Source: Podarcis cretensis (lineage: Eukaryota). Taken from it: a stretch of DNA of 64,000 nucleotides. Position numbers and translations under genes: made by a program. Shown one piece after another: positions 25,201 to 38,036 of the stretch (position 1 is its first letter; each line of letters opens with the position of its first letter). Below the pieces are notes generated by a model. The model made no database searches and was not told the DNA's origin. It worked only from the letters and a program-made list of their open reading frames with translations. Where the stretch lies: positions 50,840,001 through 50,904,000 of the forward strand of contig OX638150.1 in the NCBI GenBank assembly GCA_951804945.1. Direction: 5' to 3'.

Positions 25201-28170
25201 CCAAGGCACTCCCTCAAAGCCTGTTTACTAACTGGCAAACCCTCAGCATGTTCCAGCATCAGCGCAATGTCCCGTGGGCAGCTTCATTTACTCTTATTAA
25301 CAAGCATGGTCTGGAGGTTTATGACAGCCATGAGCAAACAGGCTTTGCTTTAAAAAGAAAAGATGCCCCGGAAAGTATATAAACTGCGGTCTGTATTCCT
25401 GCCGCTATGCCTGACAGGTGGGGACATAAGCTCTCCCTAGAGGCTGATTTCTGAGCATTTGGTAATTACAGGTTTTTGCACCATAATAGCCCCAAATCAA
25501 AACAGATTTGATTGGGAAGGAGCACAAATTGTACCAGCGGAGGAGGGAGGTTTAATGTTTAATTCATGTTTATTAAATTTCACATCTTTATAATCATGCC
25601 AGGGGCGGCACAGGCGATGACTCCAAAAAGCAGCCAGCCAGCCAGGCTTCTCAGATTTGATAGCATGACTTTCTTGTGGCCTAGCTGGCTCTCTTGGCGG
25701 TTTTGTGATAGTGTGTGTGGCTGTAGGTAGGTTTCCTCAAGGTGACCTGGGAAGGTTGAGAAGAAGGAATGGCATAGCAGCATATCCCCCAGTTCTACCA
25801 GTCAAATCAGTAGAATCTGTTATAATTCACTGGCTTCAGCATATTTGCCTTGCATCTTCTTCCCAAATTTGTCTTCCTGTTGCTAACAAATCTAATGTCA
25901 ACAACATTTAACAAAGCTTAGCTTGCGTGTTTTTAAGGGGTGGGATTTGCTAGCCTGACACCATTCTTTACTGTATGGTAGCTGTTTTACTTTTTAGGCT
26001 GTTGGTTTTCAGCTGTGCTGTTACTTCTGCTTGCTTATTTTATTTTGATGAATTGCTTTAAGCAAAGGTTTCTACAGAAAGGCAACTTATAAGAACATGT
26101 TGCTGTTTTAAAAGTTCTAGCACTAGATGCAGCCTTGTATACTGGGATGATGCAAATGGGGGCCTGCAGATTAAAAATTAGATTTGCTGAGGAAATCCCA
26201 AAACAGGTCCAGAAGGAGACACTGGAGCACTGTCAACAGGACACAAAAAAACAGCCAAGGGCTGAAAAGGGGACTGGGCAACCAGGAGGGCATACTTTAA
26301 AGCAGAGATCACCAACTGTTTCCCACCAGTAGACACATATAGAACTTTGAGAATGTTCAGTCGGTGCTAGCCATAAAATGTCTGCTCTGTGAGCATGGCA
26401 TAATGACTTCCACATCTAAAAAAGCAGAAAGATGGGACTTATCCACACCTCCATTTGCCCCACTGCCCACCCGACCCCCAGAAAACCCTATCATTAGTGC
26501 TGAATTGGCACAAATGACACTCAAGTTTTCTGTGGATTGCTGTTTGTTCCGATTCAGCACAAAAGAGTAGGTTTTCCAGGGGAAAGCAGTGAGGGAAAGG
26601 CCAAACTGCTCAGACCCATTTCTAGAAAGCATGGAACAAGCAGAAAACTGCTCAGATCCATGCTTCCTATGCATGGGACAAGCAGAACTGTGGACGAGCC
26701 CATACAGGATTGCAAAATGCTTGTGGGCGTGACCCGTATCAGCTGGGGTAGGTGGCCCCACAGCAGAGCATCTGCTTTGCATGCAGGAAGTCCCGGGTTC
26801 AATCCCTGGCATCTCCAGATAGGGTTAGGTGGGAGACACCCTGTCTGAAATTCTAGAGGACCACTGCCAGTCATTGTATAGACACTACTCAGCCAATGGT
26901 CTGACTCAATATAAGGCAGCTTCCCATGTTCCATGCAGGAATAGTACAGCCATCCCCTCCCCATCCAAGGCATTGCCTCCCACACTGGTGATTAGATTCC
27001 AAGTGTACCTGTTTTTAGACAACACATCCTTGAATGAATGCTCAGTGGACAAATCTAACTGAACATAGGAACCCGCAATAGTAAGATATTGTGATTTAAC
27101 CTCTGGTATGATACTAGAATTGTTTGTCACATAAAAAAACCAAGATAAGGGCAGGTCGGGATACAAAGGTTGACAGTGCCCAGCAATTGAAGGGGGCTCT
27201 ATAGTTGGGTCAAAAAACCTCAGGATAGTCAGTACAGGTAAGTTAGGATAGCCAGGATATGAATGTAAGCTGCCCCACAGGCCTATTTTCTTATTGTATG
27301 TTCTTGGGCTGGAAAGAGACCTTGGCTATGCAGGCCGTATGCTGGGTAAGACTCTCATTTTAAACCTTCCAACTTACGAAGCTTGTGCTCTTTCCTCAGA
27401 AGGCCTAATCTATCACTGTCACTTTTTCCTCCAGGTCAGCTGAAGTTACTTTTTGCCTCTTTAATCACCACCCACCGCTATCTATCCTATTCAGCTGTCC
27501 AGCAATTACATTAGGAACAGCCATATAATGTCATAATATTCACGGCTTTTGCTTGCCTTCCAATTTTACTTACAAGCCTCCTTATTCACAAGAATCTACA
27601 TATTTCTTGGTCTTGGCCTTTTCCATTTATTAATACATAATGAAATATAAAAACTCATGTTTGCGGTCTTTTGACACTCCATTCTCATTATGAGGCCAGA
27701 TCAATGTAGTCCTCTTTGTTGAGTTATTTATTGATCCTCCTTCGAATTTTCAGGCCTTCCATTTAATTTCATAGCTTGTGCCATCTGGTCACCTTGCCCA
27801 TAATATGTTCCTCCACTAGCCCATCTCTGTGATCAATCTTTTTTGTCCCATTTTCTCATCAACCCAGCATTACTGGGCTCAACACCAAATGAATATTTTC
27901 CCTTTATAGTTTTACTGAGATTGTTCCTGTTATTTCAAATGCTCTTGAGCTTTCCAAAAGTATTAACACATCATCTTATTATTTTTCTTTAAATTTATCT
28001 AGCACTGACATTCTTAATATCTCTCACTGATCTCCTTAGTCCTGCAGCACTAGGTTGCCTCTATTCACAAAGCAATGGTTTTGCTTCAGACTATTTCCAT
28101 ATAAGCTTCAAGGGGAGCATGTAGTATTTCATGCATACCCAACTCAGCAAATGTTTAAGACGTGGAAGTT

Positions 28171-28536
28171 GGGCGCGCAGGTGGCGCTGTGGGTTAAAGC
28201 TCAGCGCCTAGGGCTTGCCGATCGAAAGGTCGGCGGTTCGAATCCCTGCGGCGGGGTGCGCTCCCGCTGCTCGGTCCCAGCGCCTGCCAACCTAGCAGTT
28301 CGAAAGCACCTCCGGGTGCAAGTAGATAAATAGGGACCGCTTACCAGCGGGAAGGTAAACGGCGTTTCCGTGTGCGGCTCTGGCTCGCCAGAGCAGCGAT
28401 GTCACGCTGGCCATGTGACCCGGAAGTGTCTCCGGACAGCGCTGGCCCCTGGCCTCTTAAGTGAGATGGGCGCACAACCCCAGAGTCTGTCAAGACTGGC
28501 CCGTACGGGCAGGGGTACCTTTACCTTTACCTTTAC
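28171..28536 (+). mobile_element. Sauria SINE, full length, young subfamily
   Basis: tRNA-like head with A box (ggtggcgctgtgggttaa) and B box (ggttcgaatcc), CpG-rich body, (ACCTTT)n tail. Confidence 0.88.
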
Positions 28537-29441
28537 TTAAAGAAGTTACAGGGACTAATCTTAGCAATTCCGTCTGTTTGTCTCCATTAAATTGCTTCTA
28601 TTCCAGTAAATCATGCTGTTCAGACTGTTACGGTGCACATGATCTAATGGTAAAATAACCAACGATTTGAAAGAACATCAAGATCTAGAGATGCTTGGCT
28701 TGCAAAATGATTGCTCTGAAAACTATCGTTTAAAATGACCTCCCTCACAGAGAGATGAGTACATGTGAAGTGTGATAGAAGAGCAGTAACTAATCACAGA
28801 AGCGAGGTCATTAGCACATTGTGCCCAGACAAGGTAAGTAGGGTCTTAACATCTCTTAGGTGATATTCCATTTAATGTTCATTTGGTGTCATCATCCTAA
28901 TGATGGAATATCATGCCACCACATGGGGCTTTGGTCACTTGCTGTACTCAATTTCCAATGCACTCAAATTTTATGAGACTGGAAATTCAATCTGTTGTCA
29001 AGCCCATGTTCTGATTCAGGAATAAAAACAAACAAAAGGAAAGCAGGAAGAAGGGACAAAAATCAGTTGCCTATAACATACACCAATGGTCAGGTCATTT
29101 TTGCCACAGATGTGGAGTTATTAAAGTGGTGCAGGATATAACACTTCCATTTCCTTCACTTTCAGACAGGTTTTAATATCACCTAGAAAGAACGGTGATA
29201 CATATTGTATGTGTTTAAGTGAGTTGAAACAGAGATCCAATTCATGTGATACTTTGTGTCACAATTTCATTCAAGTCCATTTTTCCTATGTTGCACTGCT
29301 TACAACGCTAGACTACTTTACTTGTAAGAGAAAGCTTTTTGGGGTTTTTGAATATAAGCACTTGATTGTCAGAAGTGATTCTGAGTCAAGAACCCCTTTC
29401 ATTCATTATTTCTTATTTCTGATCCATGGAATTTGCAGAAA

Positions 29442-29748
29442 TGATCAGAAGGTCAGTGGTTCAAATCCCCGCAATGGAGTGAGCTCCCGTTGTTCAGTCC
29501 CAGCTCCAGCCAATCTAGCACTTCGAAAGCACACAGTGCAACTAGATAAATAGGTACCGCTCCGGCGGGAAGGTAAACGGTGTTTCTGTGTGCTGCTCTG
29601 GTTCGCCAGAAGCGGCTTAGTCATGTTGGCCACATGACCCGGAAGCTGTAAGCCGGCTCCCTCGGCCAATAAAGCGAGATAAGCGCCGCAACCCTGGAGT
29701 CGTTCGTGACTGGACCTAATGGTCAGGGGTCCCTTTACCTTTACCTTT
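29442..29748 (+). mobile_element. Sauria SINE, 5'-truncated, different subfamily
   Basis: Homologous to the 28.2-kb copy from the B box onward with diagnostic differences; (ACCTTT)n tail. Confidence 0.85.
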
Positions 29749-30284
29749 ATCTGCTTATGAAACCCTTAAGATAGATAACAAGGGCACATAGCTGCAGCTA
29801 AAATACTCTATGATTCCTTGTTCATTTAGATAGTGGTTGATATCAAACTCTAAATAAAGCTGTCCATCAACTTCTGGTTGATTAAACATGTCACCTTCTA
29901 TTTATCAAATAACTACCGATATTTTTAAACAAGCAAGCAAGCAAGCCAAAACTTATTTTGAGTTTTTCTGAGATATTAAGGAAAGTGGTAGCTATTAAGG
30001 TTTAGTGTGTACTGCAAAGTGTAATCAGTTGTGAAAATGGGTGTTGTAGAATCTTCCTTTCATGATTTCCCAGCATGGGGGCCTGATCTTAACCCTTTGC
30101 TCACTGCTGCAGTCCTGATCCAGATCTTCCCCTCTCCTGGTATGTGCTGGCTATTTCCAAAAGTAAAATCCTGCACTTAATGGCAAACCGCAAGACTCAT
30201 TGTAACTTGGTCCTTGTTTTCTACTGCTCCAGAGGCTGTTTCTTTTGCCTGGATTTTCACTTTTGGGAATATGGCAACCCTGAC

Positions 30285-30490
30285 TGTTCAAGTTACAAGA
30301 GAGCAGATTCTGACTAAACATCAGGAAGAACTGTTTGACAGTGGAACAGACTCCCTTGGGGGGGCTGGATTCTTCTTCCTTGGAGGATTTTGGATAACCA
30401 TCTGTCATAGATCCTTTAGTTGAGATTCCTGCATTGCAGGGGGTTGGGCTAGATGACGCTTGGGTCCCCTGCAACTCTACAATTTTCTTA
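30285..30490 (+). mobile_element. CR1 LINE 3' end fragment; shorter CR1 tails at ~24025-24097 and ~48250-48308
   Basis: gattcctgcattgcagggggttgggctagatgac...caactcta CR1 terminus. Confidence 0.6.
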
Positions 30491-31004
30491 TTCTTATTTT
30501 AATAAGCAAACACTACCATTCATTATTGGGAGGAAAGGGCATCTTACTTTTTCCTGTTACAGTGCCACACCCAAACCAAAATAGTTTGAGAAGCCAAGTT
30601 TGCCTTTAACCTTCAGCCCCAACAAATGTTCTTCACCTACTATTTAGCTAAAGCTTTCAATTTTGGCAACTAACCTGTGGCTCTCTAGATGTGGCTGGAC
30701 TGCACCTCCCATTATTCCTGATCATGCTGGCTGGAGCTGACAACATCTGGGGGCTCCCCGCTTTCAAATACTGTCCTATGCACACTTGTGAGTAAGCACC
30801 TCAGAACTCAATGGGACTTACACCTGAGTAAGCCGGCATATGGCCTGAGCTGCAGAATGGTTAATCTATTGACTTAGTCATAATGAGCTTTCACACCTGC
30901 TTCTGAATTTTGAATGCTTACAGAACCCTAATTGAGAAATATACATAACTGTTCTGTTTCAATGAACATTACTTAATGCACAATAAAGGCTCTATACACA
31001 GAAT

Positions 31005-31378
31005 TATGCTTTTGAATTATGGTGCTGGAGGAGACTCTTGAGAGTCCCATGGACTGCAATAAGATCAAACGTATCCATTCTTAAGGAAATCAGCCCTGAG
31101 TGCTCACTGGAAGGACAGATCATGAAGTTGAGGCTCCAATACTTTGGCCACCTCATGAGAAGAGAAGACTCCCTGGAAAAGACCCTGATGTTGGGAAAGA
31201 TGGAGGGCACAAGGAGAAGGGGACGACAGAAGACGAGATGGTTGGACAGTGTTCTCGAAACTACAAACATGAGCCTGACCAAACTGCGGGAGGCAGTGGG
31301 GGACAGGAGGGCCTGGCGTGCTCTGGTCCATGGGGTCACAAAGAGTCGGACACGACTAAACGACTAAACAACAACAAC
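31005..31378 (+). mobile_element. BovB (RTE) LINE 3' fragment with (CAA)n tail and 11-bp TSD ATACACAGAAT
   Basis: RVPWTAIRSN.SILKEISPECSLEG...KLRLQYFGHLMRREDSLEKTLMLGK; TSD at 30994-31004 and 31379-31389. Confidence 0.92.
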
Positions 31379-34300
31379 ATACACAGAATAACTGTTATAG
31401 CAAAGAATTATCACTCATTCCATAGATAAAAAAATTACTGAAAGATAGGGGAAAGTCTGTATCATGTGGTACTGCCTCTCTAACCACCTTAATTGTGTGG
31501 GTCACAGCATAAACAGCAAAAGAAAAAAAATTAAGAAGTCAATGAATATCAGCATAGGGGACCTAAGGTGAGCAGAACATATTAAATGTCAGCATTTTAG
31601 TTCCAAGAGGTGTATTTATGGGCTGGGAGCCTGTAATAGGCTTGGCTGTTCTGATGTCTGCCCATTTAATATAGGATAAAGGTCTCTTCGGTGATCAGGC
31701 TTGCACTCAGCAGAACATTATCTTTCAGAATTTTAAGCAACCTTCCCTCTAATTTCACCACCACCCACACAATTCGATCTAGTCCTTATGCATCCTCTGT
31801 CCTACATCTCTCTCCTCCCATCTGAACTTTATAAAAGAATGGAAAATCTTCACTGAAAACCTAATTGTTCTCTCCTGGGGCAGAAATGGTTGCTATTAAC
31901 TTTCATCTCTTGATCCTTTGAAAGGTCTCAATTGAGCAGTTTAAATGCAGCTAATCAGGGTGATAGGAAACCATCTCTTAAGGTTGCCAGTAACTGCAGT
32001 GGGTTGTTGCTTCCTGAACAGAGCATCGTCTCTTATGTTTTCCATTAGCTTCCTCTCCCAATCCAGTGCCTTCCATTTATTTTACTCCCTGCAATTTCCC
32101 CAAGGTTATCCTTAAGCAGTCTCACATCTAGAAGGATGGGGGAGGAGGACATAGAAAACAATCCTGGCCTCTCGCCATGTTGGCTAACGCAGCCAAAAAT
32201 AGTAAACAATGCCAATACTGTATGAACATAAGATAATGCAGCAACGCTGAGAGTCACTCCCACAGCATCCCTGGCAACTGCGCCATTACCTACCAATCAC
32301 AACACTGCACACTGCCCCCAAATTATCCATGCAGGAATGCATGATGACATCATGGAAACATTACCTCTAAACCTTAATGCATGGTGACCATACTCCCTTG
32401 AAGCGCCCATGGCACCTTGTCTATCAGATCCTCCCATGGCTCAGTGTGTATCAATACAGCAACTGATGCTTGCTGCCACGAGCTCTGGAGCTCTCCATAG
32501 AAAGAGGCTTGAACCCCCTCCCCTCCCACAGTCAGGGTTGCCATATTCCCAAATGTGAAAATCTGGGCAAAATTGTTGACCAGCTTTTCTCTTTAAAAAA
32601 ATCACCCTATTTGTCATACTCTGGTTTTTCCTGGACATTTTATCGATTCGGTGAAAACCTCTTTGACAAAGCCAGATCCAGAGTGGTAGGGTAGGGGGGA
32701 GAGGGAGGAAGTGCCATTCAAGTGAGAATAAACAAGCCTATTCCATAGACCAGTAGGCAGATCTGCATGTAAAATCCACAGCTAGTCTCTCCACTCCAGC
32801 CAAGGGCCTGGATCCCTTTGCTTTGCAGGCCCTACCTATACATTTGAATGCTCACAGATCTGTGGGTACAGGGAGTGGTGTTGCTCCATGTCTCTTAATA
32901 TATAAAATCTGAGATATCTGTTCTTGGTGTTTTATTCTGACTGGCTCCTGAGTCAAATGAGTTGTGTAGATAAGGATTGTATTGTCAGTAGAAATAGTAA
33001 ATGGCGTTTAAAGTTCTTTGTCGAATTCCTTTTTTTTAAAGAAAAAGAAAACAAAATGGCACAGGCATAGATGAGGGGCATTTTACTGCTTACTGTCTGT
33101 GATGGTATAAACACCATGCACAAGCAGTCTTCAACATCAGTGTAACATTTGTCACAGTAGATGCACTTGCTGGGGTGAAAAATGCTGTTTCTTCAGCAAA
33201 GCAGTTTCAGTGCTGGAAAACCCTGATTTCCCCCACATCTCAGGTGCTAGTTAGGGGAAAGACATTTTTATATGCGCTGTAACAAGTGCACATTCATTGC
33301 ACTGCAAAATGATGATCACCTGGAAAGGTCCATGGAGTCTTGCATTATTAGTCCAGTTAAATTAGAAGCAGTCTGAATTTAATGATGAGCAAAAAGCCTG
33401 GGAATTATAGGCAGAGCTTGATGATTAATACCTGGAAGCATACCGTAAATCTTTTCCCCACTTCCCTTTTCATTTGAAAGTTTTGATTCTCTCTCATTAT
33501 TTAAAGCAAGAATTCTATTCTTTAGCAACTTCTGCTGAGCTCTCAGCGTCCTCTTAATCACGTCTTTTAAAAGATGCTAAACAATGAAAGTATTACTTAG
33601 CTATTTTTCTTCCCCTTCTTACAGCAAACTGTGCAAAGGATGCAGGTGCTTCCATTGTTAAACGGGTTCCTTCTTTTAATTCTTGCTTTCATATTATGAA
33701 ATCATTTTAAGCCACAGACAAAGCCCTAAAAGATGCCTAGACTGGACAGTTAAGATACAGTGGTAAAAAGATGTAGAGGCTTTCATCTTCACAGCCCTGG
33801 TTCCAATCCAGACCTGGTTGGATAGAGGACATTGCTTTTTAAAGTATCCTTCATCCTGCATGAAATGGAGAATTGAATATACAGGCGTTAAGTTCTGGGG
33901 CCCCACACACATAAGTGAAATTGTATCCAGTGGGGAGCAACCTCTAAACACCCTCTCTGCCACTCTCTCTTCAATCCATGCCCAAAACACTGTGTTCATA
34001 AACATTCACAACCAGAATTAAAGCTCGAGGCCAGCTGGACGCTGGAGGACAAGTGGAAAAATGGCTGCTGTTGCTGTGCTACCGCGCATGCAAGCTGTTA
34101 GGTGGGGAGGCTGAGCAGCCTAAACAAAGTCCTGCTGCGCCCCTGGTCTCTTTGGGGCTTCCTCTGCCCTCACTGATGTCTTCAGGGGAGGGTCTTCTCA
34201 TGAAGAGGGCTTAATTCATCTGAGGAGTCTTCTCTGGATCCCCTCACCATTTGAATTTAAGTGTGCCTTCACTACAGATTGGGCCTTTTCAGTTGTGGTG

Positions 34301-34460
34301 CCCTGTGTACGGAATGCCCTCCCTAGGGAGGCTCACCTGCTGACAACTTTACTAGTACAGTGGTACCTCGGGTTACATACGCTTCAGGTTACATACGCTT
34401 CAGGTTACAGATTCCGCTAACCCAGAAATAGTGCTTCGGGTTAAGAACTTTGCTTCAGGG

Positions 34461-35236
34461 CAGTGGCGTAGCGTGGGGGGTGCAGGGGGTGCCAGCCGCA
34501 CCGGGCGCAACATTTTGGGGGGCGCACTCGCAGCTCTCTGCCCCTACCTGGCTCACTCACTCTCTCTCACAGTGCTGGTTGTGCGACTCCGATCCGAGCT
34601 GCCGGGTCGCTGCCCACTGTGCGGAGCGGAGAGAGAGCGAGGAAGGGACTATCTGGGGGAGGGACAGTGCAGCGGCTGCCCAGCGCAGCGCTGAGCGCGG
34701 GAGAGAACCACACCAGACCAGCCCAGGCAGCAGCAAGAAGAAGCTGGCAGCGGCGGCAGGTTAGGGGTTAGGGGCGCAAATTACTTGCCTTGCCCCGGGT
34801 TAGGTAAAGGTAAAGGTACCCCTGCCCGTACGGGCCAGTCTTGACAGACTCTGGGGTTGTGCGCCCATCTCACTTAAGAGGCCAGGGGCCAGCGCTGTCC
34901 GGAGACACTTCCGGGTCACGTGGCCAGTGTGACATCGCTGCTCTGGCCAGAGCCAGAGCCAGAGCCAGAGCCGCACACGGAAACGCCGTTTACCTTCCCG
35001 CTGGTAAGCGGTCCCTATTTATCTACTTGCACCCGGAGGTGCTTTCGAACTGCTAGGTTGGCAGGCGCTGGGACCGAGCAGCGGGAGCGCACCCCGCCGC
35101 AGGGATTCGAACCGCCGACCTTTCGATCGGCAAGCCCTAGGCGCTGAGGCTTTAACCCACAGCGCCACCTGCGTCCCCCTTTGCCCCGGGTTAGGGGGTG
35201 CAAATTAGGGTGCTGACAACCCACGCTACGCCGCTG
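34461..35236. mobile_element. hAT-type non-autonomous DNA element (interrupted by the Sauria SINE)
   Basis: 17-bp TIR CAGTGGCGTAGCGTGGG / CCCACGCTACGCCGCTG (1 mismatch); 8-bp TSD CTTCAGGG at 34453-34460 and 35237-35244. Confidence 0.85.
34805..35180 (-). mobile_element. Sauria SINE, full length, 15-bp TSD TTGCCCCGGGTTAGG
   Basis: Near-identical reverse complement of the 28.2-kb copy; TSD at 34790-34804 and 35181-35195. Confidence 0.9.
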
Positions 35237-35417
35237 CTTCAGGGTGAGAACAGAAATCGTGCTCCAGCCGTGCAGCAGCAGCAGGAGACACCATTAGCTA
35301 AAGTGGTGCTTCAGGTTAAGAACAGTTTCAGGTTAAGTACTGACCTCCGGGACGAATTAAGCACTATGGTAGTAGTAGTAGTAAATGGAAAAAATGAGGC
35401 CCTGAAGTATATTGGTA

Positions 35418-35421
<4 letters not shown>

Positions 35422-35469
<48 letters not shown>

Positions 35470-35471
35470 TG
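35422..35471. repeat. (CT)n(GT)n compound microsatellite
   Basis: Direct tandem repeat. Confidence 0.95.
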
Positions 35472-37429
35472 GTCATCCAGACAGGTTATATTTGACAGAA
35501 GAAATAATATTCTATTGGGAATGAGCTTTCCCCCACTTTCTCTCAACTTCATAAAGTTTTGCAAAAAAGAAAAGAAATTCCTTCTACAAAACTTGAGAGT
35601 TTGCATTCTTTGACATCTTAGAATGGCAGTAATAACAGGTATCCTTTGCACATCCAAAATAACAATTCCTCTGCTCCTTTTTGTTCATGAAAACACTCTA
35701 AACTGTAAAACAGCCAGAGCTGGGCATGTGGAAAATAATGACTCAAATATTCCATCAATTAACTCTAGGTGTAGCAACACGCTTTAACCACTAAGCCAAA
35801 GTGCAGTATCATATAAACATGATGAACAGATTTCAACACTGCAGTATTCCACCCATGCAACATTTCCTTGTTGCATATGATGATCTTTTTTATATTTAAA
35901 AGCCAGGATAATAATGCTAAGTACAAAGTTGGATATTGTCAGCTAAAATGTGTGAACATGATTCCTGTCTATTTAATAAAAAGCCTTACTTTTTGATCTG
36001 GGGCTTTACACAGACCCCACCATGCCATCCCACTTCCTGTCCCACTAATGTGTTGATTTGTACCCCAAATACACTTTCTTCCTTTCTACACTTTCCACGG
36101 CTTTCTGTGATGAATGCACAAAGGAAAAAGCATAATGGGGTTTCTATGCTACCCACTCACAACCCAACAACCACGCCTGTTGAATCACTTGCTTCCAGCC
36201 ACTGCTAGAAAGAATGATGCTTAATTGCAAATGGCACAATATCATTCACATTACTCAACATATATAACAACATCAGGAAAGCAGAGAACAATTTCCTCAG
36301 CTATCCAAGAAAGATTATAGGATGTAAATACTCAGTTCATCTAGCAGATTGTTGGTGCTTTCTGGTAGGGTGGAATCAAGATACCACAGGATGTGAACTA
36401 TTTCAGTACTTTTATGGAGATCTTCAAAAGAATGACACACACTATTCTATATGTGAGACACAGATTGGAGTATAAGTACTTTGGATGTGTTGGGTAAAGC
36501 AAATTTACTGTAAAGAAAGGAACAAATCCAACCCGCTTGGTTTATTTGCAGGAGACTTGTTTGCAAGTAAATAAGGAAATGTAGCACCATACATAGCACC
36601 ATTCCATGATATCTGCCGGAAGTTGCTGCCATCTCCAAACTGACATGCGTTCACCCTTGTACTTTGATCTCTACAACAGCACTCCTTACATTTTGATTGA
36701 TAGTTGAGGTATGTTTGCACTCTGCATCAGCAAACAATTGCATGATACTGTATATAGCTGAAGGTCAGCAATTGCTTGTGCAGCCCATGCCTTATCCCAA
36801 GTCCTGCCCCTGATTAGTGTTCCACCTCCATGTTTCTGCAAAAGTTAGAAAGTACTAACTTTCTAACAACATTAATTCCCTGGGTCAGGACAAACATTTG
36901 CACATATCTGGCATCTAACATTCCTCCTCTACTTGTAATAGCTTTACCACTAAAAAAAAAAAAAAGTATTAGATTTATACTCTGTTCTGACTCCAGAGTG
37001 CTCACAGTAGGAGCAGTATGGTTCCCAAGTGATCACCCCTTTAGGCACTATCACTGTGAGAAAATCCTAAAGTGCAGGCATCCTTCCTGACAACCTCCAT
37101 AGTCATGCCTCTTCTAAGATAATACAATAAAAATGAACTTTTGACCAAGGCAGACAGTATGGCTTCTATACCAAGGCAACCTTTCCCTCACCGCTCTATC
37201 CTCCCTACACCATTTACATCCAACTCAAAAACTTACCAATATGTCGTATCCAAAAGCTTGCTCACTGCTTTTGGATGGTCATAATAAAAGGGGTTTTGGA
37301 ATTTTTCAAAACAAAAGCAGCAGTGTAATACTTAGCCATGCACACTCATGAAAGCTCCTCCTCCTCTGGTCAGCTTGTCTGGTGAGTTTCTTTCTGAGAA
37401 AATCTTATATTCCACAAAAAAGGATTGGA

Positions 37430-37976
37430 ATAAAGAACTAGAGATCTCAGTTTCCACCATACAGTGGGAAACAGTTTTAACTGATATAACAAGGGTGTCT
37501 TTGGACCTTAAATTGAGCCTCATATAACAAAAAATAATATTTAGAATATACTGGACCCCATTACGGTTGTTTAAATAAGGGCTATCTAAGGTATCTAACT
37601 GCTGGAGATGTAACAGGGATAATGCTTCTCTAAAACATATGTTTTTTCATTGTCCTATATTGAAAGATTTTTGGCAGAAGGTAACTGAAACTAATAACAG
37701 AACTGTACGGAACAACCTTACAATTACAGAGCAAAGTATCCTCTTGAATTATATACCCAGCACATGGAACCTTACAAAAGGACAATATGAGTGGACTCTT
37801 CATGCCCTTACCACAGCAAAAAGACCAATACTGGTGAATTGGAAAAATAAAAATGCGGCTCCCTTCTACGATTGGATGGAAGACCTATAAAACTCACAAC
37901 ATACAAACAACTTGCATATAAACACAGACTTGCCATGGACAAATTCAATGATATTTGGAATCCATTCTTACAAATA
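37430..37976 (+). mobile_element. Older L1-clade ORF2 3' fragment
   Basis: FRIYWTPLRL, CWRC...HMFFHCPILKDFWQKV cysteine-rich C-terminal motif of L1 ORF2. Confidence 0.7.
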
Positions 37977-38036
37977 CAGTGGTGCCTCGGGTTACAGACG
38001 CTCCAGGTTACAGACTCTGCTAACCCAGAAATAGTA
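37977..38036. mobile_element. Truncated left end of the same Tc1/mariner MITE family
   Basis: TA|CAGTGGTGCCTCGGGTTACA...GCTAACCCAGAAATAGT. Confidence 0.7.

Larger units (their letters stand above)
34358..35366. mobile_element. Tc1/mariner-type MITE split by the hAT element; right TIR partly deleted
   Basis: TA|CAGTGGTACCTC start; both halves are colinear with the intact copy at 60768-60993. Confidence 0.8.

Noticed and set aside
27300-28050. AT-rich, possibly decayed minus-strand retroelement coding sequence
   Set aside because: Too degenerate to assign by eye
30150-32640. Inverted CAGGGTTGCCATATTCCC motifs at ~30265-30283 and ~32533-32551 suggesting one large transposon
   Set aside because: The termini face outward, so they are ends of two separate small elements and not TIRs of a single element
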